DNA from: Dicyema japonicum
Taxonomy: Eukaryota > Animalia > Dicyemida
Assembly: GCA_011109175.1 (NCBI GenBank)
Contig: RDEW01000042.1
Coordinates: 130,504-194,503, forward strand
Direction: 5' to 3'
DNA: 64,000 bases
Positions 53,951 through 64,000 of the stretch are shown here, in pieces. Numbering within the stretch: position 1 is the first letter of the stretch; each line of letters starts with the position of its first letter. Under the pieces are notes generated by a model. The model worked only from the letters and a program-made list of their open reading frames with translations, was not told the origin of the DNA and ran no database searches. The translations under genes and the position numbers were made by a program.

Positions 53951-55829
53951 GATTTCTGGAGGAATACTCTTTATGAGAAACACGCTTTTTGATAAATAAG
54001 ATAGGAAGATATGGCAAGGAAACGTCCAAACTGAAGTTATATTTTTAATTACTTAAGGTTTCGATTCAAAAAGAATATTTAACAAATCCTTCATTTCTTT
54101 TGCAAAAATTCTAACATCCATGTAGCCATTGTAGAATAATTGTCTAGCAATTTTGTTAACGTTAAAAATATAAAATTCATTGAAAAACCTTAAAAATAAT
54201 TGATGTTTTAATTCTCTTCGATATATAGGGTTTCCGGACCATTAAACGTGACTCTCCCGACCAATAGGGTCATCTTCCCTATCAATAGCGTCACTTAAGT
54301 AATAAAGTTGGATAATGGTAAATATATTTTTTTGAAAAAATGTCTTAAATGAAATGTAAAGAACACAAAACTATTTTTTATTTAAAAAATCAATATGGAT
54401 TTCCTAATCTGCATGAACCAAAAAACGGGCCATGCGAATACAACGATCTAGTTTTACGGCCGAGATGTGCTTGTGTGGGTTCAAGGAAACAACGTCGCTC
54501 CAAGTTGAAGTTTTGGTTGGAGGTTGAATCACGTGCACATAATGATCATTTCTGACGAATTGAGAAAATTGATAATTGAACAGAAGTGGTAATGCCAGTA
54601 AACCATTTCACCAAAGATGAATGAACTATTGTTTCAGGTGTGTTAGCTTGGTCTTTAGAATTTTTCATTCATTCAATATGGGGGATGATAAATTGAAAGG
54701 AACATTATACAGAGGGATCAGTTCTGAGTGGGTACCAAAATACAAAGGTATATCAAATGAAGTTTCGAATAAAATGGGTACTTTTGGACGAGACTGGTAC
54801 AAAAGGTGGTTGCCGTTGTAACAAAAAGGTTAGGGTTAGGGTGAATAGAAAACTGAGTTCATCACATTTAAACGAGAAAGCTAAGTAACAATTAAGATAT
54901 AAAAATAGCAAAAAAAGTCACATCATTTGCTAGGTGACCGAGAAAAAAGTTTAAACAAAGAAAAGGTTATGAACAATAACACCGGGGAGACAGAATCTCA
55001 AGATCCAGTAAAAAGTAAAGTTATGTAATGCCTTCTCCCTACCCAGCCCTACACTCGGGGACATGGACTAAATCAACATGCTGATAACTTGGCCCAGTGT
55101 GGTGAAGTTAATAAAGATTAAAGGATGGCCTAGACTGATACAATGACTCAATCAGAAGATTGGTTCACAATCATAATGGGTAACTCCCATAGCATACTCA
55201 ATGCCTACAAGTCTTAATGGAGATTTCTTAACAATGTTGACACTAATAATTAATTATATTTATTAAATTACAATTTATATTTAATATGATAAACCATTAT
55301 TTATTATACACGTTATAATCGCTCTAGTTGTTGTACTGCTTATATTTATATTTCTTCATTATTGAAAGTGCAGGGTTTATCAATTTTTTATTAAATAAAT
55401 CTTTGATTCATCAATTATGTTGCTTTTAATTATGAATTAATGCTGCTTTATTGACATATTTTCCTCGATTCTTCTTACTTTGGTATTTTGCAGGCAGATA
55501 GTAATGTTGTATTGTTTCAGATCCTGTCAGAGTGACCGACGACTTTATTCCTCGAACGTTGAAGGATGCTCAGAAACCGTATTGTCTAATTTTATGCTCT
55601 CTATATGTTGTCTTATCCATGGCATCCTGCTTTGACTCCTGGTTCACGACATTCTTGTTTACCTTATTAACGTAAAGTCTCTTTGATAGGGTGGTGATGA
55701 GTGCTTTTGTATATTCCATATTTACAATTCCGGGCATCTTAATTTGCTGGCTTTCTATTGTGAAAAGTTATCTTTGTTTTGTCCAATCAACATATTTTTT
55801 GACGATCAAGACTGTGAATTATATCAACT

Positions 55830-56600
55830 TGAGCTTCTTGATGCAGGCCAGGCATTGGGGCCTCCAAGTAAGGTTGATCCAATGACGTCATCGGAAGGAA
55901 AATAATTATTGATCATCTAACCACATAGGACCCAGGCTACTGTCGGAATAGCAGAGAAATTGGTTAGTTTGACCATTATTGTTCTTTGGGAAATTATCTT
56001 GAAGTTTGATATTGAAATTCCATAATAGTCGATTGAATCAACGTTGCTAGAAATACAGGAGTTTTTATGTACACATAAGAATAATCCTATTTATGGGCTG
56101 TCAAGAATTTTTATGGATTAAAGGTCTTCCTGGCTATAAAATCGTGAAAGATGACATATTTTTCTTATTAAAGTCCTCATATAATACGGTTGTCCTATTT
56201 TTTTACTACAAACACACAAAATAATGACACTCTATCATCGAAATTATGTAATGTGACGTCATCGATGTCGTGTTCTTAGCCTGTACAGTTAATTGAGTAT
56301 TAGACAATGGAAAGTCTTGTGTTATCATCAAGGAAACTCCCAACAACGTCCAACAGTGTTTTTCTGTTGACAATGTCAAACGCGGTAGACATGTCCACTA
56401 CTTGAATTTCAAAATCTCTCTTGTATCGTTGACACGTGGAACATATTAACTTAAAACCTTATTTTAATTCAAAGCAACAACTTGAGAAACTTTTTCCTCG
56501 TGTTGAATATATGGATATTTCTTTTTCGATTATGTGGGAGCAGAGAACTACATAGAGCCGCAGACTTCATTGTCAATGTCAAAATACAAATTAATCAATT
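55830..56600 (-). mobile_element. LINE RT fragment plus C-terminal piece
   Basis: VVDMSTAFDIVNRKTLL; 55830-55920 matches 19650-19730. Confidence 0.6.
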
Positions 56601-56609
56601 ATTACATTT

Positions 56610-57050
56610 TATTTAACACCCAAGACCACGGTAAAAATAAAACTATCATGTGATCCCGATGCATTCCTCCAAAATCCTCATTCTTTCCCCGTGCTCCTCC
56701 CTCGTATTCACACAAGCTCGTACTGGGGTGCTGACTGTATTTGCAGGGACACCTTCCCGCATATCGGAGTTTTGTTTAATGAAGGCCTCCGAAGTAGTCG
56801 GTCCTAATCTGTGTCTCCCACAAGACCACCACTCTGTCATTCTGAAAGCATTTTTTGAACGTCTTCGATTTTTTAATTTTCGTCCATGATAATGAAGGTC
56901 AACACGAAGCACACGCGTACGAGAAGCATGTTTCTATGTATTGTTTGTAATTGTTCATCAAGACTGGGTGTCTTCCATAATCCAGATAAACATTTTAATA
57001 CATTGATCCTCTTCTCGCACTTCAAAACAATGTTTGCCACGTGTAGTGAC
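56610..57050 (-). mobile_element. Jockey-like LINE 3' fragment with tail
   Basis: KCEKRINVLKCLSGLWK..., PVRACVNTREEHGE; tail GGGATCACATG...CCGTGGTCTTGGG. Confidence 0.75.
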
Positions 57051-57054
57051 AAAA

Positions 57055-57350
57055 ACAATGAATTACACATTTTCAAAAATAACCTTGCATAGTCTGCAGA
57101 AAATTGTGTTCCTTGTCAAACGCTGTGCTGCACACCACTTTATGCATTCCTCGAGACTCTGTGTACCCATCAGAAGCTTCAACAGGGAGAGTCGTTCGGC
57201 TTGAATGTCAGCACTACTCATTATTTCTTTTTGTGGAATTATGCTCTTGCTACCAGCTCGCACCATGTTATTCAAGTTTATTCAAATATAAAAGAGAAAG
57301 TTACTCTAAATATGATATAATTATTTATTTTCTTGAAAAAATATAGCTCA
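57055..57350 (-). mobile_element. Possible Merlin/IS1595-like transposase N-terminal remnant
   Basis: EECIKWCAAQRLTRNTIFCRLCK resembles Merlin N-terminal zinc-ribbon segments; truncated by a LINE. Confidence 0.4.
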
Positions 57351-58542
57351 TTGCAACATTACCAATACGATAATTTCGCCAACGATCGAGGTTCGAGAAT
57401 TCAATGTTGATTGAGATGGCTTCCAAGCTCTGACAAGATTGCCCTTAGTAGAAAACCTTTGGTGACATTTCCGACCCCTGAATTCTAGATAGAGACTAAA
57501 CTGTGCCCAAGTGCAGAATATTTAACCATCTTCTTCCGTTCGGCAGAGTTAGTGACGGAACTTTCTGAGTTCGTTTTGCAATATATTCTTTAAGGAAAAG
57601 GTGTCAAAACAGGTACATTCCAAATAAAGGAGCGTGTTTTGCGGATAATCAGGTTTAAATTAAGGTCAACTTCCAAGAGCCTAACATACGTACCAACGTA
57701 TTGGCTAAAGCTCTTACAAGGTCGAGTTGACAGATGTCTGTGAACCTGTCTTATGAACATTAAAATGTGGCTGTTCAACATTTTGACAGATCAATTGATT
57801 ACCATTGTTAATAATTGAAATTTTAGGTTTAGAATATCTGTTCAGCCCATGAAAAGGACATTGAAGAGGTTGAAGTATGCCGTCCTCCTGGATGATTTAA
57901 CGTTTCTGAGTTGTCAGTTCACCCCTTATATGTCACCCCAATATCATTTTGTGTAGCCGAGAATTTCTAAGCATTCGTCCAAGAAATCAAAGACTTCATG
58001 AGATGCATAATATTTTTCGAGTAAACCGCTTCAGTGAAGAATTTCCATACTCGGTGTCCTATAGATATTACAATTTTCTGAGGTATTCTAGAACCTCTTC
58101 ATTTTCTAATACCATTCCGACACTCATCATCGATCTCAAAGTTGTTCGCTTACCCCTAACAGTCCCTGAAGAAAAAGGTGTGATAATAATATCGTTTTTT
58201 TTAGTTGCAGATTTGATAAACCAACTTTTAATGGTTTGACCAATAAAATCGAGGTCACCAGAATGTCCCTGTAACTTTGTATCATCAATATAACTTATTA
58301 TTTACATTTTCGAAGTTTCTTCGTATTTGCAACAGTAGGCCACGCATGCATCCTAGACACACAGAGTTACTCTCGGTCTTTTACGAAGACTTTCCATGAC
58401 TATATTTGTTTGGGGGTAATGTCCATCCTCGACAAAATGCGTTTTTGTGCGCAAGTTGAAGAAATTTCTGACGAGTGAATTATCAATACAACATGGACTT
58501 TCTCCTAACATGGTGTCATTGTTACTAACTTTGCACGGTATT

Positions 58543-58861
58543 AATAATAATAACAGCCTTTTTCACGGAGCCGTGGTATTAGCTCCGCATAGGCAGGACA
58601 CACACTTTATTTAAGAACAGTTAATTTTAACTAATCGTAGAACCAAGGAATGATCTTCACTTCTTTTTTTTTCTTTTTCTTGTGTGAGTGTCCTTTCTAG
58701 ACAATCCAGTTCCGCAGTGAGTATTCACTGATGACGGCGTCACTCGTCAAACCCTTTCCGCATCGTAGATGCGTGGAACCTTCCACCAGGTGAACAGCAG
58801 CGAGATTCGAACCCGTAGCCTAAGCCACTTAAGCCCGACACCTAACCACTAAGCCACCCGG
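58543..58861 (-). mobile_element. Full-length tRNA-derived SINE (family 1), 319 bp, 14-bp TSD
   Basis: Head CCGGGTGGCTTAGTGGTTAGG (A box)...GGGTTCGAATCTCG (B box); 3' hairpin CGGAGC/GCTCCG; (TAT)n tail; CTTTGCACGGTATT at 58529-42 and 58862-75. Confidence 0.92.
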
Positions 58862-58889
58862 CTTTGCACGGTATTGTTGTGATTATTTA

Positions 58890-60700
58890 TTTTAAATTTT
58901 TTTAATTTTTTATTAAAAAACAATTATTTAACAAAGAAACAAATGTTGATTGAGGAAGCCTGCTACGTGGACCGCGAATAAGTACCCTTAGAATATGGGC
59001 ACTCCAATCTTTTGTCTTAGCCAGAATCCTTCTCGTTGATCCCATTTTTCTAGCAAGCATTTCTCAAAGTTCGCGCAAGAACTTTTCCGTCATTGGACAA
59101 CGGTTCTTGATTAATCGACCGCAACAGGAGTAAATCGGTACCGGTCCAGAAACAAGAATATTTCTTGATTTTTAGGTTTTCCGCAGTTGAAGCAGCTGCT
59201 CCGTGTGTCTGAACTGATTTAAGGAGGTTCGTGCTTGAACACGTGTCAACACAAGTTGCGTCCCAGACCAAAGATCTTCCGGATGTGAAGGGTAAAAAGT
59301 CATCCAGTCAGGTCTCTTTCCATCTCCTGGATCGAGACCCACGGGTTCAAGCTGTGATAAGAAGCCTGTAGCCTTCAGAGCTTAAATGATCACATCGTTC
59401 AGAGCAGCGTGACGTTGTACTTTCGCGGCTCTTCTGTAGGACAGCGGGTGCAATCCCTTTGCATAGACTATTTTCCGCAGCGGCATCGGTGCTTTCGGCA
59501 AACGTCTAGTCTTAGCTTTTGTCCGATTCCAATCCTCAAAGATTCGTCATCCAAAAGAGTCACTAGGTTTGGGCAAGGTATTGCACTAAGCCATGATCCA
59601 CTCCCTCCACTTGAAGCTGACACCAATTAAGCCAGACGATGGTGATTTGCTTCTTTATTAAGGTCTTCCAAAATTTTGGAGCAGACAATGTTATCCAATT
59701 ACTTTGCATTGTTGTGTCTTTGGGGATTTTGAGTCCAGACCCGTTCCATTTCCGACAAACTTTGTCAAATGACTTATTCCAGCGAACTCCAATAGTGTGA
59801 TGAAAATCTTAACGTGTCAAATGGCTGCAGCTTGAGAGAGAGACGATAGATATGCCGGGTACGCAACCTCTAGCACCGATCTTAGATCGACACCCCCAAA
59901 TCCAGAGGAAAGCTTACATTGCTTCCAACCAAGTTCGTCCGTAATTGATTTGACAAAACAGCGTCCAGCTTCCGAGGTGTAAGTAAACGTAAGGTCCTTA
60001 ATATGGCTAGGACGTAACCCTTCCAAGCCTCCACTGCTACTAGCGGCTAAGGAAGCTATTCCACAGCGCACTTGGTTTTAGCTGTGATTATCTCCGGGTT
60101 TCCTTCAGGGTTCAAAAACTATTCAGTCAGTCAGTGCATCTGAGTGCTTCAGTATTAAGGTATTCAGAACCTGTGGGTACAAGACAATACTGTGTCATCG
60201 GACATGATCGCCCTCCAGAAGTTTCCGGTTTACTCTCTTCTTTAGTTTGTTGGGAAAGTCTTTGGTGTATGCTCCTCTGGTTTGGACCTCATTGACATTA
60301 AGTGGCTGTTTAAGTATAGCGTGTATGTTATGACTGATATAATTCATTATCCTTCTCTTCAGTTTCCCAGATAAGTTGAGTCGGGAATTTGTTTCTTTAT
60401 TATTGTCCTCATATTCTGTTGTAGGTATTCCGAGTGTAACAGGTGAAAAGCATATGAGATTTAACCAGGATTCCCAACTGTCAGAAGACAGTGCGTGATC
60501 AATGGCATCTGAAAGACACGATGCTGCAGCAATTCGTACTCCTTTAGGGATTTTACTGGGATCTTTCTGGCATTCCGGAGGTTCGAGATCTTCAAGAGAG
60601 TCTCTTCAGTATACGGCAGTGTAAAATTTGGCTTAGCTATTTTTTCCCGCCTGGGGACCTCATTTCCAAAAAAGTCCCATCAAAATTCATATCTGAGTTT
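58890..60700 (-). mobile_element. Internally deleted, decayed CRE retrotransposon
   Basis: KIPKGVRIAAASCLSDAI, GGLEGLRPSHIKDL, GFGGVDLRSV, VWDATCVDT. Confidence 0.8.
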
Positions 60701-61006
60701 CAGTCTGGAAACAGATTATGCAATTTCAAGGTAATCCCCACGTCAGTACTAATCAGTAAGCAAATCTTCTCTCACAATTAACAAAACGAGGATCATTGGA
60801 AGAATATCGATAACCTTACCGAACCATATTGTATCGCTTATCACGAGAAGAGCTTATTAACACATTTCCCCACAAACCGTGAGGAAAATTCTGATAGCGA
60901 TCCCTTGACTGAAAGGAACCATTAGAGAGTTAACTGTTAGTAAATATTTATTAACACATATTTTGCTAAATATAACCAAAATCTAGTGAAAAGTCAAATA
61001 ACAAAA

Positions 61007-61867
61007 CTAATACTCATCCCCCTCACCATTCTACCAATAATAACTAAATCATACACTATTGCACAATATCCTCTCAATCTCCTTCACACTTAACATATCC
61101 TCTGATGACATTCCCTCAATCGTTACCTCCAAATTATGGAGGACGTTATAGTAGTAGTTCCTCTCCTTATCCACCCGTTCATACTCGACGTACAAGTCAT
61201 CATACTACAAATCACTCAGATCCACAACATCTTTCTTCTTCTGCTCAAACTCCTTTCTCAGAGCCAACAACTCAACAGAGACCGACTCAGTAGGACAGTT
61301 TTGACAGGTTTTACGCTGAGTTTCTGGAATGTCTTACATGTTGTGGAGACTGACCCCACTTGGGATGTCTTTGGGGCAGAATTGGGGAAAATTTTCCTGT
61401 GTCTGGCCTCAGTCTCCATCCGAGTGGACACATCGTAGTTGGCAATGAAGAACTTGTAGAACCACTGAACAAACTCGTAGTTGTCTTGGAATCTCGACTT
61501 GGCCAGCCTCTCTATGGGAATTATCTACCACGTGATCTGGAAACAGTTAACCTTGTCAACTCCAGTTTTGCTAAACATGCTTTGGAGTTCTTTCAGATTC
61601 TGTAAGAATTCGTGTTCCTGGTTGACCGAGGTTTTAATTCTGAAAGGACTAAGAGTTTCTAGAATATTCCATAAGTTTCTACTTGGAAATAAATAGTCCA
61701 TTAGGATGCAATAGTGGAAACCCTTAGACAGATCCTCAACTTTAGTTATTGGATACGGGACAAACTCGTTGATCCAATCAACAACTTGATTACGACTTAT
61801 ATTACTCGTTGAAGAACTTGTGTTTACAACATTTATAGCCTAAGGTGAATTTAAAAGCAACAACCAT
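61007..61867 (-). CDS. MAPRE1: EB1 / microtubule plus-end tracking protein
   Basis: [25 protein letters not shown]...[20 protein letters not shown]...[13 protein letters not shown]...[25 protein letters not shown]...[15 protein letters not shown]...NGEGDEY* (EEY-type tail). Introns 61840-64, 61659-82, 61525-51, 61205-28, 61031-54. The linker junction near 61310-61350 is unresolved. The symbol denotes the family, not a specific paralog. Confidence 0.9.
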
Positions 61868-61979
61868 GACTTCTCTTGAGTAATTTCAAAAAAATTAATT
61901 TATTTTAATTTAGATATACGATTTTAATTTAGATATTAGATATTTAATTTTAATAATTTATCAAAAAATTAATTAATTT

Positions 61980-63480
61980 ATGATGGTACCTCGATGACGC
62001 TGTCTTAGGATGTCCCCCGGAAACGGTTTTCCAGGACTTAGAAGTACTCATCCCCTGCGCTGTCCGAGGTGGGTCTTCAGTTGAATATAACGAAATGTGA
62101 AATAACAAACTGGTCTTGCTGACGATGACTTCTCTTCAATTGTTCAAAAATTTTACTCCTTGTTTCCCGGTGGGATTTCGACCCCTGAAAATGAATTGAT
62201 TTTTCTTGGATCCCCGATCACTAGTAATGCGATGAAGCATGTCCTCCTTGACAAAAAACGACTCCTATGCGATTCGCTGGAAAGATTACAGCTGCTGGAC
62301 TTGCACACAGCACTATTCCTATTGAAAAGAAGTCTCAACATCCAGAGAATCTCCTATCTACTAAGGACAGCTCCATATTATTCTCAACTGGAGCTGCTCG
62401 AGAATTTTGATTTGTCTCTCCTCAGCTCGACGGAGCAAATATTTAATGTCCGATTCGACGATGATACATGGATGCAGGCTACACTCCCAGTTAGATTCGG
62501 GGGTCTTGGAATCCGTCGAACTTTGGACGTCTCACTTCCCGCTCATTTATCATCACTCACGGCCTGCGAACCTTTGGTCAGGAGGATTCTACACTCCCCA
62601 CCCGAATTCTCAACTGACCAAGAGATAATCCACGCACGAGAAGCCTGGAATGCCACCAACCTCCCCCTGCCTCCTTCCCAAGATCGCCAGCGAAACCTGG
62701 ACAACTTATTATGCTGGAAATCATTTGGACTCCTACTGGAATCTGCCAATCAGCACCGACGCGCTTGTTTGCTTTCGGGGGCTTCCCCTGAGAGCGGAGC
62801 TTGGCTAAACGCCATCCCCAATGGAGCTTTGGGCACTTTTCTGGATGATGAATGCGTTAGAACTGGTATCTCTCTGCGGCTGGGACTAAAAGTATGTGTA
62901 CCTCACCCGTGCCGATGTGGCATCCTGATAGACTGCTATGGCCTGCACCCTCTCGCCTGCAGGAGAAGCGTTGGCAGATCCCCAAGGCACAAGGCTCTGA
63001 ATGAAATTGTCAGGCGAGCTATGGATGCTGCTGGATACTCGGCCATTCTTGAACCGGTCGGGTTATGCAGAAGTGACGGGAAACGACCGGACGGGATGAC
63101 CATATTTCCATTTGAGGCCGGGAAACCACTGGTTTGGGTTGTGACATGTACAGACACGTTCGCCCAGAAAAATCTTCACGAAAGTGCTACAAGGGCCTGT
63201 TCAGCATCCGTAAAGGCGGAGAAGGCCAAACTCGTTAAATACGTCGACCTTCCCGATGATGTCAAATTTGTTCCCCTTGCTATGGAGACTACCGGATCCT
63301 ACTCCCCCTCTACACTCGAGTTTTTCGGACGTCTTGGAAACCGGATCACCTCATGCACTGGAGATCTCCGTGAACGCCGCTGGCTATTTGAGCGAATTTC
63401 GCTCGCAATTTTGAGAGGGAACAGCCACGCAGTGGGGGCGGCAACTACCTGACTTCTATTGTTTAAAAATTAATTTTAAA
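61980..63480 (+). mobile_element. 5'-truncated CRE-clade retrotransposon; least decayed copy, 430-aa open frame (end of RT, zinc finger, RLE endonuclease)
   Basis: WYLDD at about 61985; ATLPVRFGGLGIR; CRCG..DCYGLHPLAC; RHKALN; DGKRPDG; METTG; RISLAILRGN. Confidence 0.92.
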
Positions 63481-63519
63481 GCATAAAAAATTTAGATATT
63501 AAGTTTTATTATGTTTAAA

Positions 63520-63680
63520 AAGTCGTCCACTCGTTACTGCGGAGAACACTAAACGTCCCCTCAATCATGGAATACTTTACGGAACTTCACCGGGACTTCC
63601 TCAAGATGGCAAAGTCCCTTAACCATTTCCCGGACCGCACATCAGACTATAGGAGAAGAAACCTTCCCCGTTGAAAATTC
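63520..63680 (+). mobile_element. LINE extreme C-terminal fragment
   Basis: LRRTLNVPSIMEYF...FLKMAKS, similar to 5500-5600. Confidence 0.4.
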
Positions 63681-64000
63681 ATTTAACTAATCAACATTAT
63701 TTAGCTAGATTTCAATACAGGTAAATTTCGAATGACTTTTAAAATTATTTATTAAAACCAATTTAAAAATAGCCAATGAATGTGACTGTCACATTGCATT
63801 TTATTCGAAGACAGAAACAAAGACATTACTACAAATGCTTCCAAGAGACAGTGAGCATCACCACAAACGATGGTCAACCCAGTGTGTTAAATGCCTATAT
63901 TATTATGGGTATGTTAGATTACATTGAATAACATAAAGTAATAGTTAATAGGTACTTCAGTTACAGTAGTATTTATTTGCTGCTTATATTAATTTAGTTA

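Noticed and set aside
54830-54841. (TTAGGG)2 telomere-like repeat
   Set aside because: Only two units; expected by chance.
58790-58861. Functional tRNA gene
   Set aside because: The T arm and A/B boxes are present but the anticodon and acceptor stems do not pair; it is the head of a TSD-flanked SINE.
62160-62162. TTG start of a 430-aa cellular gene
   Set aside because: ORF-caller artefact; RT motifs (WYLDD) continue upstream in broken frames, so it is part of a truncated retrotransposon.

Overview
Eukaryotic nuclear DNA, AT-rich, standard genetic code (TAA, TAG and TGA all act as stops). I could reconstruct five conserved host genes by hand: HADHB, NAPRT, SKP1, an annexin and EB1/MAPRE. All five are split by ultra-short GT-AG introns (38 called, 21-29 nt), which is why the ORF track shows them only as fragments. 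The gene set looks animal-like. Introns this small are known from dicyemid mesozoans and some other reduced parasites, but the taxon cannot be determined from sequence alone. Almost everything between the genes is decayed mobile DNA: many Jockey/I-like and RTE-like LINE pieces, about 10 CRE-clade (RLE-endonuclease) retrotransposon pieces, a tRNA-derived SINE family (one full copy with a 14-bp TSD), a Ginger2-like DNA transposon with TIRs and a 5-bp TSD carrying a nested CRE fragment, and Tigger/pogo, hAT and Merlin remnants. The most notable oddities are: (1) tiny introns with almost no splice signal beyond GT/AG; (2) single-base deletions in three, possibly four, of the five otherwise intact genes, most likely long-read consensus errors but needing exclusion of RNA-level repair; (3) an apparent strong excess of CACGTG (32 sites counted by eye, 21 in the first 19 kb); (4) a 3' stem-loop shared by many LINE ends with compensatory or G-U changes. 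All family assignments come from motif recognition by eye, not database searches. TE boundaries are approximate unless a TSD or TIR is cited.
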